DNA from: Candidatus Collierbacteria bacterium GW2011_GWA2_42_17
Lineage (GTDB): Bacteria; Patescibacteriota; Microgenomatia; UBA1400; MFAQ01
Reading direction: 5' to 3'
Length of the DNA stretch: 64,000 nt
Assembly (NCBI GenBank): GCA_000998275.1
Contig: LCDA01000003.1
Span: forward strand, 1,596 to 65,595
How positions within the stretch are numbered: the stretch's first letter is position 1; each line of letters starts with the position of its first letter. The position numbers and the translations under genes are program-made. A model generated the notes under the pieces. The model was given only the letters and a program-made list of their open reading frames with translations, was not told the origin of the DNA and did not search any database. Below are positions 1-10,696 of the stretch, piece after piece.

Positions 1-7
1 CGAGGCT

Positions 8-442
8 TTGGAAATTAACGATAGCAAACCTTGGGGAGCATACTGGAAAATTGATGATGAAAGAATCGAGATGTTTGTGGACATCTTTTTTCCGGAAATA
101 AAAAGCAAACTTTTGAAAAGTAAATTTAACTTGAGCCCCAAATTTTTGTTGGTGGCTCCGGGTGAGAAACTATCTTGGCAGTATCATCATCGAAGAGCCG
201 AAAACTGGAGGGTGGTGGCAGGAACAGTGGGTATTAAAGTGAGTGACACTGATATTGAGCCGGAAGGATTTGGAAAATATAAAGCAGGAGAGAGTATTAG
301 CTTTGACAGGGGAACACGCCATAGATTGATTGGGCTGGATGGATGGGGATTGGTAGCGGAGATTTGGAAACATACCGATTTGAATGAACCTTCCAATGAA
401 GAGGATATTGTGAGATTGAAGGATGATTATGCGAGGATTTAG
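8..442 (+). CDS. Cupin-fold mannose-6-phosphate isomerase type II-like protein, probably 5'-truncated by the window edge
   Basis: KPWG...LSWQYHHRRAENW...HRL cupin motifs; the frame is open to the window start. Confidence 0.75.
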   Translation: MEINDSKPWGAYWKIDDERIEMFVDIFFPEIKSKLLKSKFNLSPKFLLVAPGEKLSWQYHHRRAENWRVVAGTVGIKVSDTDIEPEGFGKYKAGESISFDRGTRHRLIGLDGWGLVAEIWKHTDLNEPSNEEDIVRLKDDYARI

Positions 443-447
443 GAAAT

Positions 448-471
448 AAAAAGCCCGCCGAGGTGGCGGGC
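448..471 (-). terminator. Intrinsic terminator between convergent genes
   Basis: GCCCGCC-N5-GGCGGGC hairpin with an adjacent A-tract (U-tract on the minus strand). Confidence 0.6.
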
Positions 472-490
472 AAAAACTGATCAGTCATCG

Positions 491-961
491 TCAGTCAAAG
501 AAGAAAGAACCTACAAGGAAAAAGGCAACTCCCCAGGCAAAAATGGTAACGACTAAGTACAGTAGCGAAAAAATGATCGCTTCTTCAAAACCACCACGAA
601 CAGTGATTTTGGTTGGTGTTTCCGAGTAAAAATCGGCCGAGGCTTTCAGGAGAAGGTATTTCCCTGGAGGGGGATTCTTGATATTAAAATGAGTGTTGGT
701 TTCTCCAATAGCTGGGGGAATAACTTCTGGGAGAGTAATCTCTTTGGAAACAAGGTCTTGAATTTCAAAGTAGTTTTGGCCGGTGATGGTGATGTTGGAC
801 TCAGGTATGGTTACTGTGCTCTGGCTGGAGACAGAAGCGATTTTGTGAGGTCCAACCTCAACGGTGTTGATGTTCCAAAGATCAATAGTAATCTTTATGG
901 AAACAAACAAGGTCAGAAGAACAATAATAGCCCAAATAACTAATCCAACTGCGGTTTTCAT
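491..961 (-). CDS. Hypothetical membrane protein with N- and C-terminal TM helices
   Basis: 156 aa ORF with AAGGAGG RBS and hydrophobic ends. Confidence 0.7.
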   Translation of the reverse strand: MKTAVGLVIWAIIVLLTLFVSIKITIDLWNINTVEVGPHKIASVSSQSTVTIPESNITITGQNYFEIQDLVSKEITLPEVIPPAIGETNTHFNIKNPPPGKYLLLKASADFYSETPTKITVRGGFEEAIIFSLLYLVVTIFAWGVAFFLVGSFFFD

Positions 962-1098
962 GGTGCCTCCTTTGGCATTTTAAGGTTCTCGAGTATGTTA
1001 CCAATATTATAGGCAATAGTCAAGTGAACGAGCCTAGAAGAAGGCGTTTTGTGGTACAATATGTGAGTCGAAAAGACAGGAAAGGAATTTTTATTAAA

Positions 1099-2229
1099 AT
1101 GAGCAAAGCTCAAACAGAAGTTATTACTAAACAGTCAATGTCCGTTATGGACAAGCTAATGGAGGGTGCCAGCGCGTTCCCAGGAGCCTTAAAAAAGGGC
1201 CAAAAGGTGGAAGGTGTGGTTTCCTCGATTGGGAAAAAGATGGTCCTCGTGGACATTGGAGCCAAGACGGAGGGTGTCGTGACCGGTGAAGACTTGGTAG
1301 AGGCCTATGACGTACTAGCCGACCTTAAAGTTGGAGACAGAACCGAAGCCTATGTCAAGTTCCCAGAAAACGATCAGGGACAGATAATTCTCTCTCTTAA
1401 ACAGGCTGCCGATGAAAACCGCTGGTCTCGTTTCAAGAAACTGATGGAAGAGGAAAAAGAAGTGGAAGTTACTGGGGTTGAGGTTAATAAAGGTGGTATG
1501 GTGGTCAAGGTGGGCGAGATTCGCGGATTTGTACCAACGTCACAGTTTGGGGAGAAGTTCCTCGGCAACATGGAGGAGCTATTGAACAAGACCTTCAAAG
1601 TGCGGGTGATTGAAGTTGATAAAGATCAAAACAGATTAATTTTCTCCGAGAAGATGGTATCCGATTCCGAGTCACTTGCCAAAAAGGGTGAAGCTTTGGA
1701 ACTTGTTACCGTGGGTGACAAACTTGAAGGAACCGTGTCCGGAATCATGCCTTTTGGTGTGTTTGTGACCGTCAATGTTCCAATGAAGGATAAAGAGAAA
1801 GAAGGTGAGATGGCAAGGGTTGAAGGTCTCATTCATATTTCTGAGATTTCATGGGAGAAAGTGGAAGATCCAAACGAAATGTTTAAAGTGGGTAAAGACG
1901 TTAAGGTTCAGGTTATCGGAATTGATAAAGGAGCCGGAAAACTTAACCTATCCATTAAGCAGATGACCGATGATCCATGGAAAGAAATCGAAAAGAACTA
2001 TGCTGTGGGTACCAAACATACAGGTAAGGTGGTGCGCATTGCTCCTTACGGTATCTTCGTAAACTTCGAAAAAGGTGTCGATGGTTTGATTCATATTTCC
2101 AAGAAACCAGCAGACAAAGAGTTTGCTATGGGCGATAAAGTGGAAGCTTTTGTGGAAATGATTGATGTCAAAGCTCGAAGAATGTCTCTTGGAGTAGTCT
2201 TGACCGAGGTTCCGGTTGCGTACAAATAA
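1099..2229 (+). CDS. rpsA: 30S ribosomal protein S1, short form
   Basis: Repeated S1 domains (GLIHISEISW, GFVPTSQ, DGLIHIS); start moved to MSKAQ after an AAAGGA RBS. Confidence 0.92.
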   Translation: MSKAQTEVITKQSMSVMDKLMEGASAFPGALKKGQKVEGVVSSIGKKMVLVDIGAKTEGVVTGEDLVEAYDVLADLKVGDRTEAYVKFPENDQGQIILSLKQAADENRWSRFKKLMEEEKEVEVTGVEVNKGGMVVKVGEIRGFVPTSQFGEKFLGNMEELLNKTFKVRVIEVDKDQNRLIFSEKMVSDSESLAKKGEALELVTVGDKLEGTVSGIMPFGVFVTVNVPMKDKEKEGEMARVEGLIHISEISWEKVEDPNEMFKVGKDVKVQVIGIDKGAGKLNLSIKQMTDDPWKEIEKNYAVGTKHTGKVVRIAPYGIFVNFEKGVDGLIHISKKPADKEFAMGDKVEAFVEMIDVKARRMSLGVVLTEVPVAYK

Positions 2230-2302
2230 GTCTTATAAAGAAGCGAGCCTGTTGGCTCGCTTCTGGTAAGATGAGTTATTAAATAAAACAATTTAAACTA
2301 AA

Positions 2303-2455
2303 ATGGCAAAAACTAAAATGATTGTAAAAGAGGATCAAATCCTCGTAGATGTGGAAACTATCTTCAAAGAAATTGAGGCGGCTGGTGGTGACTGGAAGAA
2401 AGTTTGGGAGGAGTTCAAAAGCTATCTAAAAGACGTCAAAGGCGAGGGTAAGTAA
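2303..2455 (+). CDS. Small hypothetical protein, 50 aa (MAKTKMIVKEDQILVDVETIFKEIEAAGGDWKKVWEEFKSYLKDVKGEGK)
   Basis: Manually translated ORF below the track cutoff; fills the gap after rpsA and has a protein-like composition. Confidence 0.6.
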   Translation: MAKTKMIVKEDQILVDVETIFKEIEAAGGDWKKVWEEFKSYLKDVKGEGK

Positions 2456-2462
2456 GTCTTTC

Positions 2463-2708
2463 CTATTCCGGTTGGTAGCCAAGATTAGTGATGACCTTCT
2501 TGATGGAGTTGAGATCTGTTTTTTCCGGATCAAAAGTAATTTTGGCTACGGATTTTTGGTAGCTAGTGTCGGATGAAGAAACCCCCGGTGTATCCTCGAG
2601 AGCGAGATCAATGTTGGCGGCACAGGAGGTGCAGTGGAGACCAGAAAGTTTTAGAGTAGTAGTTTGGAGGTGATCATTTTTGGTTTTGGATTTAAGAAAA
2701 TTGAACAT
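2463..2708 (-). CDS. Heavy-metal-associated (CopZ-like) chaperone
   Basis: GLHCTSC HMA motif in a single domain. Confidence 0.85.
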   Translation of the reverse strand: MFNFLKSKTKNDHLQTTTLKLSGLHCTSCAANIDLALEDTPGVSSSDTSYQKSVAKITFDPEKTDLNSIKKVITNLGYQPE

Positions 2709-2717
2709 AAGTATTGA

Positions 2718-3740
2718 TTAATTAATAATATTGAAACGGCCGGTGTACATACCCATGGAGCAGGAGAAGACAAGAGCACCGAGTTTTTTGGGGGTGAACT
2801 CGATGATGGTTTCTCCGGTTTCGGGGAGAAGTTTTTGAATGTTTAAGGCAGGGATAGTGAAGGAACGAGAGCAAGACTGAACATTGATAGTCCTAAGAGT
2901 GAGGCGGACAGGAATGTCTTTTTTTAGGGTAAGGGAGTTAGGAGAGTAACCACTATTGTTGACGGTGATAGAGATGTTTTGAATACCGTTTTTAACTGAA
3001 ACATTGGTATCGTCGGTACTCGCTGAAAGAACCGAAGGGTTGACGGCAGCTCGATAGAAGTTCTGGATGGTGTAAACAGAACCAGTTAAACCGACGCCGT
3101 TGTTTACGGAGTAAATGGACATACCGATAAGGGCGGCAGCGGCAATTTGGGGAAAATACTTTTGAAAAGCTTTGGCACCGGAGCTAAGGAGGAAACCAAA
3201 AAGCAGGAAGGTAGGCGAGGTGCCTACAATAAAGGCAAACATAATAGCGGCGCCGTATAAAGGATTGCCGGTACCAATGGCGATAACCTCAGTAGCCTGG
3301 GTGACAGCGCAAGGAAGAAAGACTGTTGATAAACCCAGAAGAAAAGGAGCAAAAAGAGACTGACTTTGAGACTCATTTTTGGCCAGACGGACTAGAAATT
3401 TGGGGGGTTTGATGACGAAGTAACGGAAAAGGGGGTGGAGGTTAAGAAGGTTACCGGCGATACCCAAAAGATAAATGCCGATGATGATCTGAATCCAACC
3501 TCGAGTGATAGGAGAAAGGACGAGGGTTTGGCCGAGAGCACCAAGAAGGAAGCCGAGGAGAGTATGAATTAAGAGTTTACCGGTGAGGAAGGAGACGATG
3601 GGGAGGGCCTTGTTGGTTTTGATCAGACTGTTTTCCTGATGGGCGATTACCGAAGTAAGAAGTCCTCCCTGGATGGCAAGGCAGGTGAGTCCGCCGGTAG
3701 TTAAGCCGGTGAGGAAGATGAAGAAGAGATTAGTGTTCAT
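2718..3740 (-). CDS. DsbD_2/TauE-like membrane protein with C-terminal cupredoxin domain
   Basis: GGLTCLAIQGG and FLPC TM motifs, C-terminal FSCSMGMYTG; start moved to MNTNL. Confidence 0.8.
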   Translation of the reverse strand: MNTNLFFIFLTGLTTGGLTCLAIQGGLLTSVIAHQENSLIKTNKALPIVSFLTGKLLIHTLLGFLLGALGQTLVLSPITRGWIQIIIGIYLLGIAGNLLNLHPLFRYFVIKPPKFLVRLAKNESQSQSLFAPFLLGLSTVFLPCAVTQATEVIAIGTGNPLYGAAIMFAFIVGTSPTFLLFGFLLSSGAKAFQKYFPQIAAAALIGMSIYSVNNGVGLTGSVYTIQNFYRAAVNPSVLSASTDDTNVSVKNGIQNISITVNNSGYSPNSLTLKKDIPVRLTLRTINVQSCSRSFTIPALNIQKLLPETGETIIEFTPKKLGALVFSCSMGMYTGRFNIIN

Positions 3741-3772
3741 AAATCGGTATTTATTACTATACCAGCTTTGCG

Positions 3773-3789
3773 TGCTACAATACGTAGTA
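3773..3789. promoter_or_regulatory. Putative BlaI-family operator, copy 1 (TGCTAC-N5-GTAGTA)
   Basis: Inverted repeat ending just before the regulator ATG; matches the copies at 5137 and 13315. Confidence 0.7.
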
Positions 3790-3790
3790 T

Positions 3791-4165
3791 ATGGAATCAA
3801 AATTGTTTGGTTGCTTGGAACAACAGATTATAGATGTTCTTTGGCAAGAAAAGAAACCCTTAAAGCCATTGGATGTCTTGAAACAGCTTAAAGGGGATTA
3901 TGCCTACACGACAGTGATGACGGTTTTGAAGAGAATGTCAGATAAAAAGGTATTAACCAGAGAAATGGTTGGTAAAGCATATGTCTACTCTCCAGTTTCG
4001 AACAAAGAGGTCTATATTAAGAAGAGCTTGAAAAACCTGTATGGTAATTTGATGGATACTTATGGCGAACTTGCGATATCTCAGTTCGTAGACATGGTAA
4101 AAAACGACCGAGAGGATATGAACCTTCTTAAACGGTTTATTGATTCTTCCAAAAAAGCTAAATGA
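3791..4165 (+). CDS. BlaI/MecI/CopY family transcriptional repressor
   Basis: LEQQIIDVLW...YAYTTVMTVLKRM...GKAYVY winged-helix signature; no C-terminal CxC. Confidence 0.9.
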   Translation: MESKLFGCLEQQIIDVLWQEKKPLKPLDVLKQLKGDYAYTTVMTVLKRMSDKKVLTREMVGKAYVYSPVSNKEVYIKKSLKNLYGNLMDTYGELAISQFVDMVKNDREDMNLLKRFIDSSKKAK

Positions 4166-5109
4166 ATTATAGAAAGTTAAATTCTTTTTCTAATCTTTTT
4201 TTCGTGTTTTTGGTGTTTGTGGGTTTGATTTATACGGTGTTCCTTTTTAAATTATTTTTGGATACGTCTCCCGGGTTGGTGATGTTGTTGATTTTTTTGA
4301 TGGATGCGATTCGGTATGGATACAGTATGGTTTCGATCCAGTCTTTGGGTGTACTACTTGTCTCTTCCCTGATTAGTATTACCACTCAAGTTCTGATATA
4401 CAGATACATCAAAGCGTTGTTGATGACATTAAAGATTGTGGGTGGCACCCGTCATTTTACGAAGAGTCTCGAACTGGTTTCAATAAAGGATAAAATAGTT
4501 ACCTTTAGTTCCAGTTCTATCAGAGCTTTCACTTCTGGACTGTTACATCCAAGAATTCATCTCCCTAAAAACCTTAAGGAAACGAATTCTAGTCTGGAAG
4601 TAAAAGCGATAATGCTCCACGAGAAACAACACACTTTGGCTTTCGATCCGTTTAAGAGCTGGGTCGTTGGTGGAATTAAGGAGATATTACCGGGATTTCC
4701 TTTCAAAAAATGGATATTTGGACACTATGATGTCTTGGTGGAGTTAACGGCCGATGCATACGCCGAAAAAATATTAAACAAAAGACTGCCAATAATTTCT
4801 GCCTTATATAAACAGTATGAAGGCAGCGGCAAAAATATTATTCCAGCGGTCGGTTTTTCGAATAGCCAATCAGAAAGGATTCATATCTTGGTGGGGAAGG
4901 AACGAGTCAAAATAAAAGGACCTTTGGTGGTATCGTCTGTTGTGGTAATGACATTATTTGTTGGTACATTGCTGACGAGGAACAAAGACTTATTTTATAG
5001 CTGCCCACACTTAGATTCGTGTATTTTAAATGTCATTGCCCAAAAAACAAGTAACTTTGGGGTGTCGGAAATAGAAGCCGCCCAGTCAGTATTAGGTAGC
5101 CATCAATGA
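4162..5109 (+). CDS. M56 (BlaR1-type) membrane metallopeptidase without a beta-lactam sensor domain
   Basis: AFTSGLLHPRI, HEKQH, ELTADAYA motifs; translationally coupled to the BlaI gene. Confidence 0.85.
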   Translation: MNYRKLNSFSNLFFVFLVFVGLIYTVFLFKLFLDTSPGLVMLLIFLMDAIRYGYSMVSIQSLGVLLVSSLISITTQVLIYRYIKALLMTLKIVGGTRHFTKSLELVSIKDKIVTFSSSSIRAFTSGLLHPRIHLPKNLKETNSSLEVKAIMLHEKQHTLAFDPFKSWVVGGIKEILPGFPFKKWIFGHYDVLVELTADAYAEKILNKRLPIISALYKQYEGSGKNIIPAVGFSNSQSERIHILVGKERVKIKGPLVVSSVVVMTLFVGTLLTRNKDLFYSCPHLDSCILNVIAQKTSNFGVSEIEAAQSVLGSHQ

Positions 5110-5117
5110 ACTTCTCC

Positions 5118-5157
5118 TTGACAATTAATGAAAACATACTACACTATGTAGTATGTT
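5118..5157 (+). promoter_or_regulatory. Sigma70 promoter (TTGACA-16-TACACT) overlapped by operator copy 2 (TACTAC-N5-GTAGTA)
   Basis: Perfect AACATACTACA-cta-TGTAGTATGTT palindrome covering the -10 box and the ATG at 5153. Confidence 0.75.
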
Positions 5158-6691
5158 GAATTATAATCAGGAGCGGACAGGCTTAAAATTTTATATAAGG
5201 GGGATGCACTGTGCTTCTTGCGAGATGATTATTGAGAAGAAGTTGCGCAAAGAAAAGGGAGTTTTGCTGGTTGAGGTTGACTTGAATAAAGGATTGGTGG
5301 AGATAGCAACATCTGGAAATAGCCATCTTTCGGAAGATTATCTAAATTATCTTTTTAAAGATGACGGCTATACCTTTTTTAGTAAACCGATCGATAAATC
5401 GATACAGGTCAAGGGAAAAACCGAGTGCGAAACTGCCTGCGAGAATAAGCCCAGCGGAGAAATAAACTACACGCCTTATATGATAGCGGCCTTGTTTTTG
5501 GCTGGTTTTTATATCTTGCAAAAAACAGGCTTTGCTTCATTGGTTTCCGTTAATTCCCAGTCCTCACTACCGGTATTTTTCTTGTTTGGCATACTGGCCG
5601 GACTATCAAGCTGTGCGGCTTTGGTGGGAGGAATCATTCTTTCGTTAAGTAAACAATGGCTGTCTATTTATGATAAAAATGATTCTTCGCTAAAAAAATC
5701 CGAACCGCATATTCTTTTTAACGTCGGTCGGGTTTTGGGATACGGAGTTTTTGGGGGTTTGTTGGGGTTTTTGGGAAATGTATTTAGAGTTTCCCCGGCT
5801 TTTTCGGCATCTTTAGTAATTGGGGTTTCGATTTTGATGATACTTCTTGGTTTGCAAATGCTTGGAGTTAAGGCTTTAGCTAAGTACCAGCTACGCTTCC
5901 CAAAATCTATCACTGGTAAATTTTCTAACGAAGAAAACTTTCAGGGTAGGTTTGGGCCATTTTTGATGGGAGCACTTACTTTCTTTCTACCTTGTGGATT
6001 CACAATCACTGTTCAGGCGCTGGCCCTAGCTTCGGGAAATCCGCTACAAGGAGCTTTGATAATGGCGGTTTTTGCCTTAGGTACAATTCCCGGTTTGTTG
6101 GTGATTGGACTGAGTAGTGTGAAACTATTTAGTAATCCCGAAATAGCGAAACAATTTTCGATTGTGGCAGGAATCTTGGTTCTATTTTTTGCCGCTTTTA
6201 ATATTAACGCTCAGATGTCCGTCTTGGGATTATCAAATATTAGTGATGTCTTGGCGGCGACAACTTCGGCGGGATCTTCGGATAAAAGCCGCGACACTTC
6301 CTTGGTGCCTGTCGTGTCCGGAAAACAAATTATCAAGATGAATGCCTCGTCAAGAAGTTATACCCCGAACCGATTTAAGATTAAAGTCGGTCAGCCGGTA
6401 CGATTGGAGGTTACTGATGTGGGAACGAGCGGCTGTACCAATGCCATAATTTCTAAACTGTGGAATGGTCAAATATCATTAACTCAGGGTAAGACATCCG
6501 TAAAAGAGTTTACTCCCTCAAAGGTGGGTCTTTATAAATTTTCTTGCTGGATGGGTATGGTTTCCGGAACAATTGAAGTGGTTGACGGAACGGGTTCTTC
6601 AGGGACAACGACAAGTACCAAACCAATCGAGTCCGGCGCCAAAGGATGCGGTTGTGGTGGGGGTAGTGGTTCCTGCGGAGGTTCTAAGTAA
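5153..6691 (+). CDS. HMA - DsbD_2/TauE - cupredoxin fusion membrane protein
   Basis: GMHCASC, GLSSCAALVGG, FLPCGF, FSCWMGM; Cys/Gly-rich tail. Confidence 0.85.
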   Translation: MLNYNQERTGLKFYIRGMHCASCEMIIEKKLRKEKGVLLVEVDLNKGLVEIATSGNSHLSEDYLNYLFKDDGYTFFSKPIDKSIQVKGKTECETACENKPSGEINYTPYMIAALFLAGFYILQKTGFASLVSVNSQSSLPVFFLFGILAGLSSCAALVGGIILSLSKQWLSIYDKNDSSLKKSEPHILFNVGRVLGYGVFGGLLGFLGNVFRVSPAFSASLVIGVSILMILLGLQMLGVKALAKYQLRFPKSITGKFSNEENFQGRFGPFLMGALTFFLPCGFTITVQALALASGNPLQGALIMAVFALGTIPGLLVIGLSSVKLFSNPEIAKQFSIVAGILVLFFAAFNINAQMSVLGLSNISDVLAATTSAGSSDKSRDTSLVPVVSGKQIIKMNASSRSYTPNRFKIKVGQPVRLEVTDVGTSGCTNAIISKLWNGQISLTQGKTSVKEFTPSKVGLYKFSCWMGMVSGTIEVVDGTGSSGTTTSTKPIESGAKGCGCGGGSGSCGGSK

Positions 6692-6709
6692 TTACAAATT
6701 ATAAAAAAT

Positions 6710-6928
6710 ATGAAGATAAACAATCTTTCCTTTCTAATAAATGACATGCACTGTAAATCATGTATTAAAATAATTGAAGCTACCCTTTCAGAGATCCCGG
6801 GTGTAAAAATAACCGACTCGGATTTTAAGAAAAAAACTGTAAGTATTACTTACAACATTGATACGACGACCCCGGAAATATTAATAAATACCATAAAAGA
6901 AATCGGTTATAAAGCTGAGATCGTCTAA
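6710..6928 (+). CDS. copZ: HMA copper chaperone (CopZ-like)
   Basis: DMHCKSC motif; directly upstream of a P1B ATPase. Confidence 0.8.
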   Translation: MKINNLSFLINDMHCKSCIKIIEATLSEIPGVKITDSDFKKKTVSITYNIDTTTPEILINTIKEIGYKAEIV

Positions 6929-6933
6929 AACTT

Positions 6934-9315
6934 ATGAGCGTCACCAACAATGAGGTAAAAGACAGCACTTCCCAGGTAGCCTATCTGGAAATTTCCGGTA
7001 TGCATTGCAGTAGTTGTGCGAGTCTGATTGAAAGGTCTCTTACAAAAACAAAGGGAGTTCAGGAGGCAAATGTTAATTTTGCGACGAGTAAAGCCAGAGT
7101 CAAGTTTGATACAAAACTGGCAACTTTGAAAAACCTCAAGGAAGCCGTTAAATCCGCCGGTTACAGAGCGGAGGTTCCTTCAGAAACAAGTTCCAAGTCG
7201 GAAACCGAAAAAAGATCGCTCGAAATTAAGTATTGGTTTACCAAGTTTATTGCCGGCTTGGTGTTAAGTTTACCGATGCTGTTCTTTATGGTGTATGACT
7301 TTGTCCCCAATCTTCCCTTCGCCAGAACAATCATGCCTATCTCCGGATTGATTTCTTTAATTCTTGCCACGCCGGTTCAGTTCTGGGTCGGTAATAACTT
7401 TATTCAAGGGGCGATCTCTGCCTTTAAGATGAAAACCTTTAGCATGGATTCGCTAATTGCCATTGGTACACTGACGGCCTTTGTTTATAGTACCTTTGAG
7501 TATGTAGCGTACATTGTGAATACCGGCTCAGTTTTTGGTTTAGATGGAATGAAAATAGGGAATCTATATTATGAAGTAGCGTCTCTTTTGATTACGTTTG
7601 TGGCTTTGGGAAAATGGCTCGAAGCTAAAGCTAAAGGAAAGACTTCACAGGCAATCGAAAAACTGGTCGGGTTGGCACCGAAAACGGCCAGAGTAATGAG
7701 AGATGGTTCTCCGGTTGACCTTCCCGTTGGAGAGGTGATTGTCGGAGACATTGTCGTTGTTCGTCCAGGAGAGCGAATTCCCGTGGATGGAGTAATTGTT
7801 TCAGGGTCGAGCTCGGTAGATGAGTCAGCTCTTACCGGAGAGTCGATTCCCGTAGAAAAAGTGGTTGGAGCGAAAGTGTTTACAGCGACGATTAATAAAA
7901 CCGGAAGTTTTGAGTTTGAGGTACAAAAAGTGGGTGATGATACAGTATTGTCGCAGATAGTTAAATTGATTGAGGATGCTCAAGGAACCAAGGCTCCAAT
8001 TCAAGGATTTGCCGACAAAATATCTTCGATTTTTGTGCCTACAGTTATCGTGATAGCGATACTGACTTTCCTACTTTGGTACTTTATTCTGGGAGCCTCC
8101 TTTGAGTTTGCTATTTTGGCCTTTGTCTCGGTAATTGTGATTGCCTGTCCGTGTGCTTTGGGACTTGCTACCCCTACTGCGATCATGGTGGCGACAGGTA
8201 AGGGTGCCGAACAAGGAATCCTGATTAAGGGTGGAGAGCCATTGGAAACTGCCTGCAAGATTGAGACTATTGTTTTCGACAAAACAGGGACACTCACTAA
8301 AGGCCAACCGGAAGTGACGGATATCGTGAACTACTCAGACAAATCGGAGCAGGAAATACTAGCGATTCTTTATGCTTTGGAGTCAAAATCCGAGCACCCC
8401 TTGGCGGCGGCCATTGTTGATTACTGCAAGAGTCGAGTTTCGACAAAAGACAGGCAGACTGCAACGGCGGACTTTAAAGCAGTTCCTGGTCATGGAGTTG
8501 AGGGCAAGATTAACGGAAAAACGTATTTTGTGGGTAATCGCCGCTTGATGGAGTTGAAGAATATTCACTCATACTCACTTGTGGATTTGGAGAAACTGGA
8601 AGAGGGTGGTAAAACGGCGATGCTAATTGCTTCGACGAAAAAAGTATTGGGTATCGTAGCCGTGGCTGATCGAGTGAAAGAAACAACGGCCAAGGTAGTA
8701 AAAAAACTGCAGGATCAGGGAATTGAAGTTTATATGATCACCGGCGACAACCAGAGGACGGCCAACGCGATTGCTAAACAAGTTGGCATTACCAAGGTAC
8801 TGGCTGAAGTACTGCCACAGAATAAGGCGGAGGAGGTCAAGAAGTTACAAGCACAGGGAAAGATTGTGGCCATGGTAGGGGACGGTATTAACGACTCTCC
8901 GGCATTAGTTCAATCCGACCTGGGAATTGTGATGGCATCTGGTGCCGACGTGGCTTTGGAGTCCGGAAGTATCATCATTATGAATAATGATCTGGAAGGG
9001 ATACTAACAGCGATCAAATTGAGTAAAGAGACGGTTGGAAAGATTAAACAAAATATGTTTTTTGCTCTCTTTTACAATGTTTTGGGTATCCCGGTAGCGG
9101 CTCGAGCTTTTGTCTCGTTTGGTTTGGTTCTTAAACCAGAACTGGCCGGACTAGCGATGGCTTTGTCTTCGGTCTCGGTGGTAAGCAACTCATTACTACT
9201 TAAAGGATTTAATCCAAAACGGTTTAATCTCATTTCCCGTCTGGCTCCCATTGTAATGACCGTGGGTTTCCTTTTTATCTTTTGGCAGTTTGCTTCTGTC
9301 TCATCAATGAAGTGA
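6934..9315 (+). CDS. copA: Copper-translocating P1B-type ATPase
   Basis: GMHCSSC, TGES, CPC, DKTGT, SEHP, GDGIND, YN and MALSS motifs. Confidence 0.95.
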   Translation: MSVTNNEVKDSTSQVAYLEISGMHCSSCASLIERSLTKTKGVQEANVNFATSKARVKFDTKLATLKNLKEAVKSAGYRAEVPSETSSKSETEKRSLEIKYWFTKFIAGLVLSLPMLFFMVYDFVPNLPFARTIMPISGLISLILATPVQFWVGNNFIQGAISAFKMKTFSMDSLIAIGTLTAFVYSTFEYVAYIVNTGSVFGLDGMKIGNLYYEVASLLITFVALGKWLEAKAKGKTSQAIEKLVGLAPKTARVMRDGSPVDLPVGEVIVGDIVVVRPGERIPVDGVIVSGSSSVDESALTGESIPVEKVVGAKVFTATINKTGSFEFEVQKVGDDTVLSQIVKLIEDAQGTKAPIQGFADKISSIFVPTVIVIAILTFLLWYFILGASFEFAILAFVSVIVIACPCALGLATPTAIMVATGKGAEQGILIKGGEPLETACKIETIVFDKTGTLTKGQPEVTDIVNYSDKSEQEILAILYALESKSEHPLAAAIVDYCKSRVSTKDRQTATADFKAVPGHGVEGKINGKTYFVGNRRLMELKNIHSYSLVDLEKLEEGGKTAMLIASTKKVLGIVAVADRVKETTAKVVKKLQDQGIEVYMITGDNQRTANAIAKQVGITKVLAEVLPQNKAEEVKKLQAQGKIVAMVGDGINDSPALVQSDLGIVMASGADVALESGSIIIMNNDLEGILTAIKLSKETVGKIKQNMFFALFYNVLGIPVAARAFVSFGLVLKPELAGLAMALSSVSVVSNSLLLKGFNPKRFNLISRLAPIVMTVGFLFIFWQFASVSSMK

Positions 9316-9327
9316 GACGGGAGATCG

Positions 9328-10443
9328 TTATCTAATTGATTTGTAACCGCCAAGAACTCCTCTTTTGGACAAGACGATTTGCCAGAGCTGAATATTCCTG
9401 GATCTAAACGATCCGGCAGAGGAGAGGAGATAGTATCGCCACATGCGATAAAATTTTTCGTCGTAGTTTGATCTTATTAACTTCCAGTTTTTTTCAAAAT
9501 TACTATGCCAAGCCATTAATGTCTTGTCGTAATTAACTCCGAGATTATGCCAGTCTTCCATGACAAATAGTCCTTCTATGGACTGACCTAACTGTTTAAT
9601 CGAGGGCAGCATAGAGTTGGGAAAGATATATTTACCGGTCCAGGGATCAGTTCCCGTCACTGAGATGTTGCCACCAATGGTGTGGAGCAAAAACAAACCA
9701 TCATCCTTAAGGACTTTGTGGGCGACTTTCATAAAAGTTCGATAATTTTTGTAGCCTACGTGTTCAATCATGCCGAGAGACACGATGTGGTCATAGCTAC
9801 CTTTGATATCACGGTAATCTTGAAGCAGAGTTTCAACAGGAAGACCTTTGTAAAGTGAGTCGGCAAGTATTTTCTGTTCTTTAGAGACAGTGATCCCTTT
9901 GGTTTTTGCACCATATTTTTCGGCAGCGAAACCAAGAAAACTACCCCAACCGGAACCAATGTCTAGGACTCTTTGTCCAGGTTTAAGACTAATCTTCCGA
10001 CAAATGAGGTCTAGCTTGGCTTCTTGGGCGTCATCAAGATTGGTGGAGTTTTCCCAGTATCCGCAGGTATAGGTGAGGCGTTTGTCTAGCATGGCCCGAT
10101 ACAAGTCATTGCCGATGTCGTAGTGTTTACGGCCAATTTCAAAAGCTTTTGATTTTCTACCCGCATTTAAGACGACGTTTAAAGTGAGTCTGGCGGCTAG
10201 GGCTAGATTATTTTTGACCTTACGGTCCAGACTAGCAGAAAGAATCTTGTCAAAAAACTGGTCGAGTTTTTTACAGTCCCACCAACCGTCCATGTAGGCT
10301 TCGCCAAGACCCAGTGATCCATGTTTGAGTACTCGTCCATAAAAATCTTCGTTGTGTATTTGGGGGTCGTACGGACGACTACCATTTATGGTGACACCTG
10401 TTCCGGAAAGCAATGCTTTGATAATCGCTTTATCCTTGGTCAT
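9328..10443 (-). CDS. cfa: Cyclopropane-fatty-acyl-phospholipid synthase
   Basis: HYDIGNDLY, YTCGYW, LDIGSGWG, SLGMIEHVG, YIFP, RMWRYYL. Confidence 0.93.
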   Translation of the reverse strand: MTKDKAIIKALLSGTGVTINGSRPYDPQIHNEDFYGRVLKHGSLGLGEAYMDGWWDCKKLDQFFDKILSASLDRKVKNNLALAARLTLNVVLNAGRKSKAFEIGRKHYDIGNDLYRAMLDKRLTYTCGYWENSTNLDDAQEAKLDLICRKISLKPGQRVLDIGSGWGSFLGFAAEKYGAKTKGITVSKEQKILADSLYKGLPVETLLQDYRDIKGSYDHIVSLGMIEHVGYKNYRTFMKVAHKVLKDDGLFLLHTIGGNISVTGTDPWTGKYIFPNSMLPSIKQLGQSIEGLFVMEDWHNLGVNYDKTLMAWHSNFEKNWKLIRSNYDEKFYRMWRYYLLSSAGSFRSRNIQLWQIVLSKRGVLGGYKSIR

Positions 10444-10496
10444 ATGCTTTTATGATACGCCAAGTGAAAGATTTTTCACAGTTTTTAATTTAATAT

Positions 10497-10694
10497 TTAG
10501 TGACAATTTTTTTTGGAATTATCACCACTATTATCATGGCTCATGTTTTTCATCATAAAGATATGCATAACCGGACAGATGAGAAAAATACCATATGGTA
10601 GCAGAATATTCCAGGGAACTTTGAGGACATAGACAACAATAAAAGAGAGAGTAACTAAGACAAGAGATATTTTAAAGGTATTGTTTATTTTCAT
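10497..10694 (-). CDS. Small membrane protein, DUF2933-like
   Basis: LICPVMHIFMM motif typical of DUF2933 in copper clusters; start moved to MKINN. Confidence 0.7.
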   Translation of the reverse strand: MKINNTFKISLVLVTLSFIVVYVLKVPWNILLPYGIFLICPVMHIFMMKNMSHDNSGDNSKKNCH

Positions 10695-10696
10695 GT

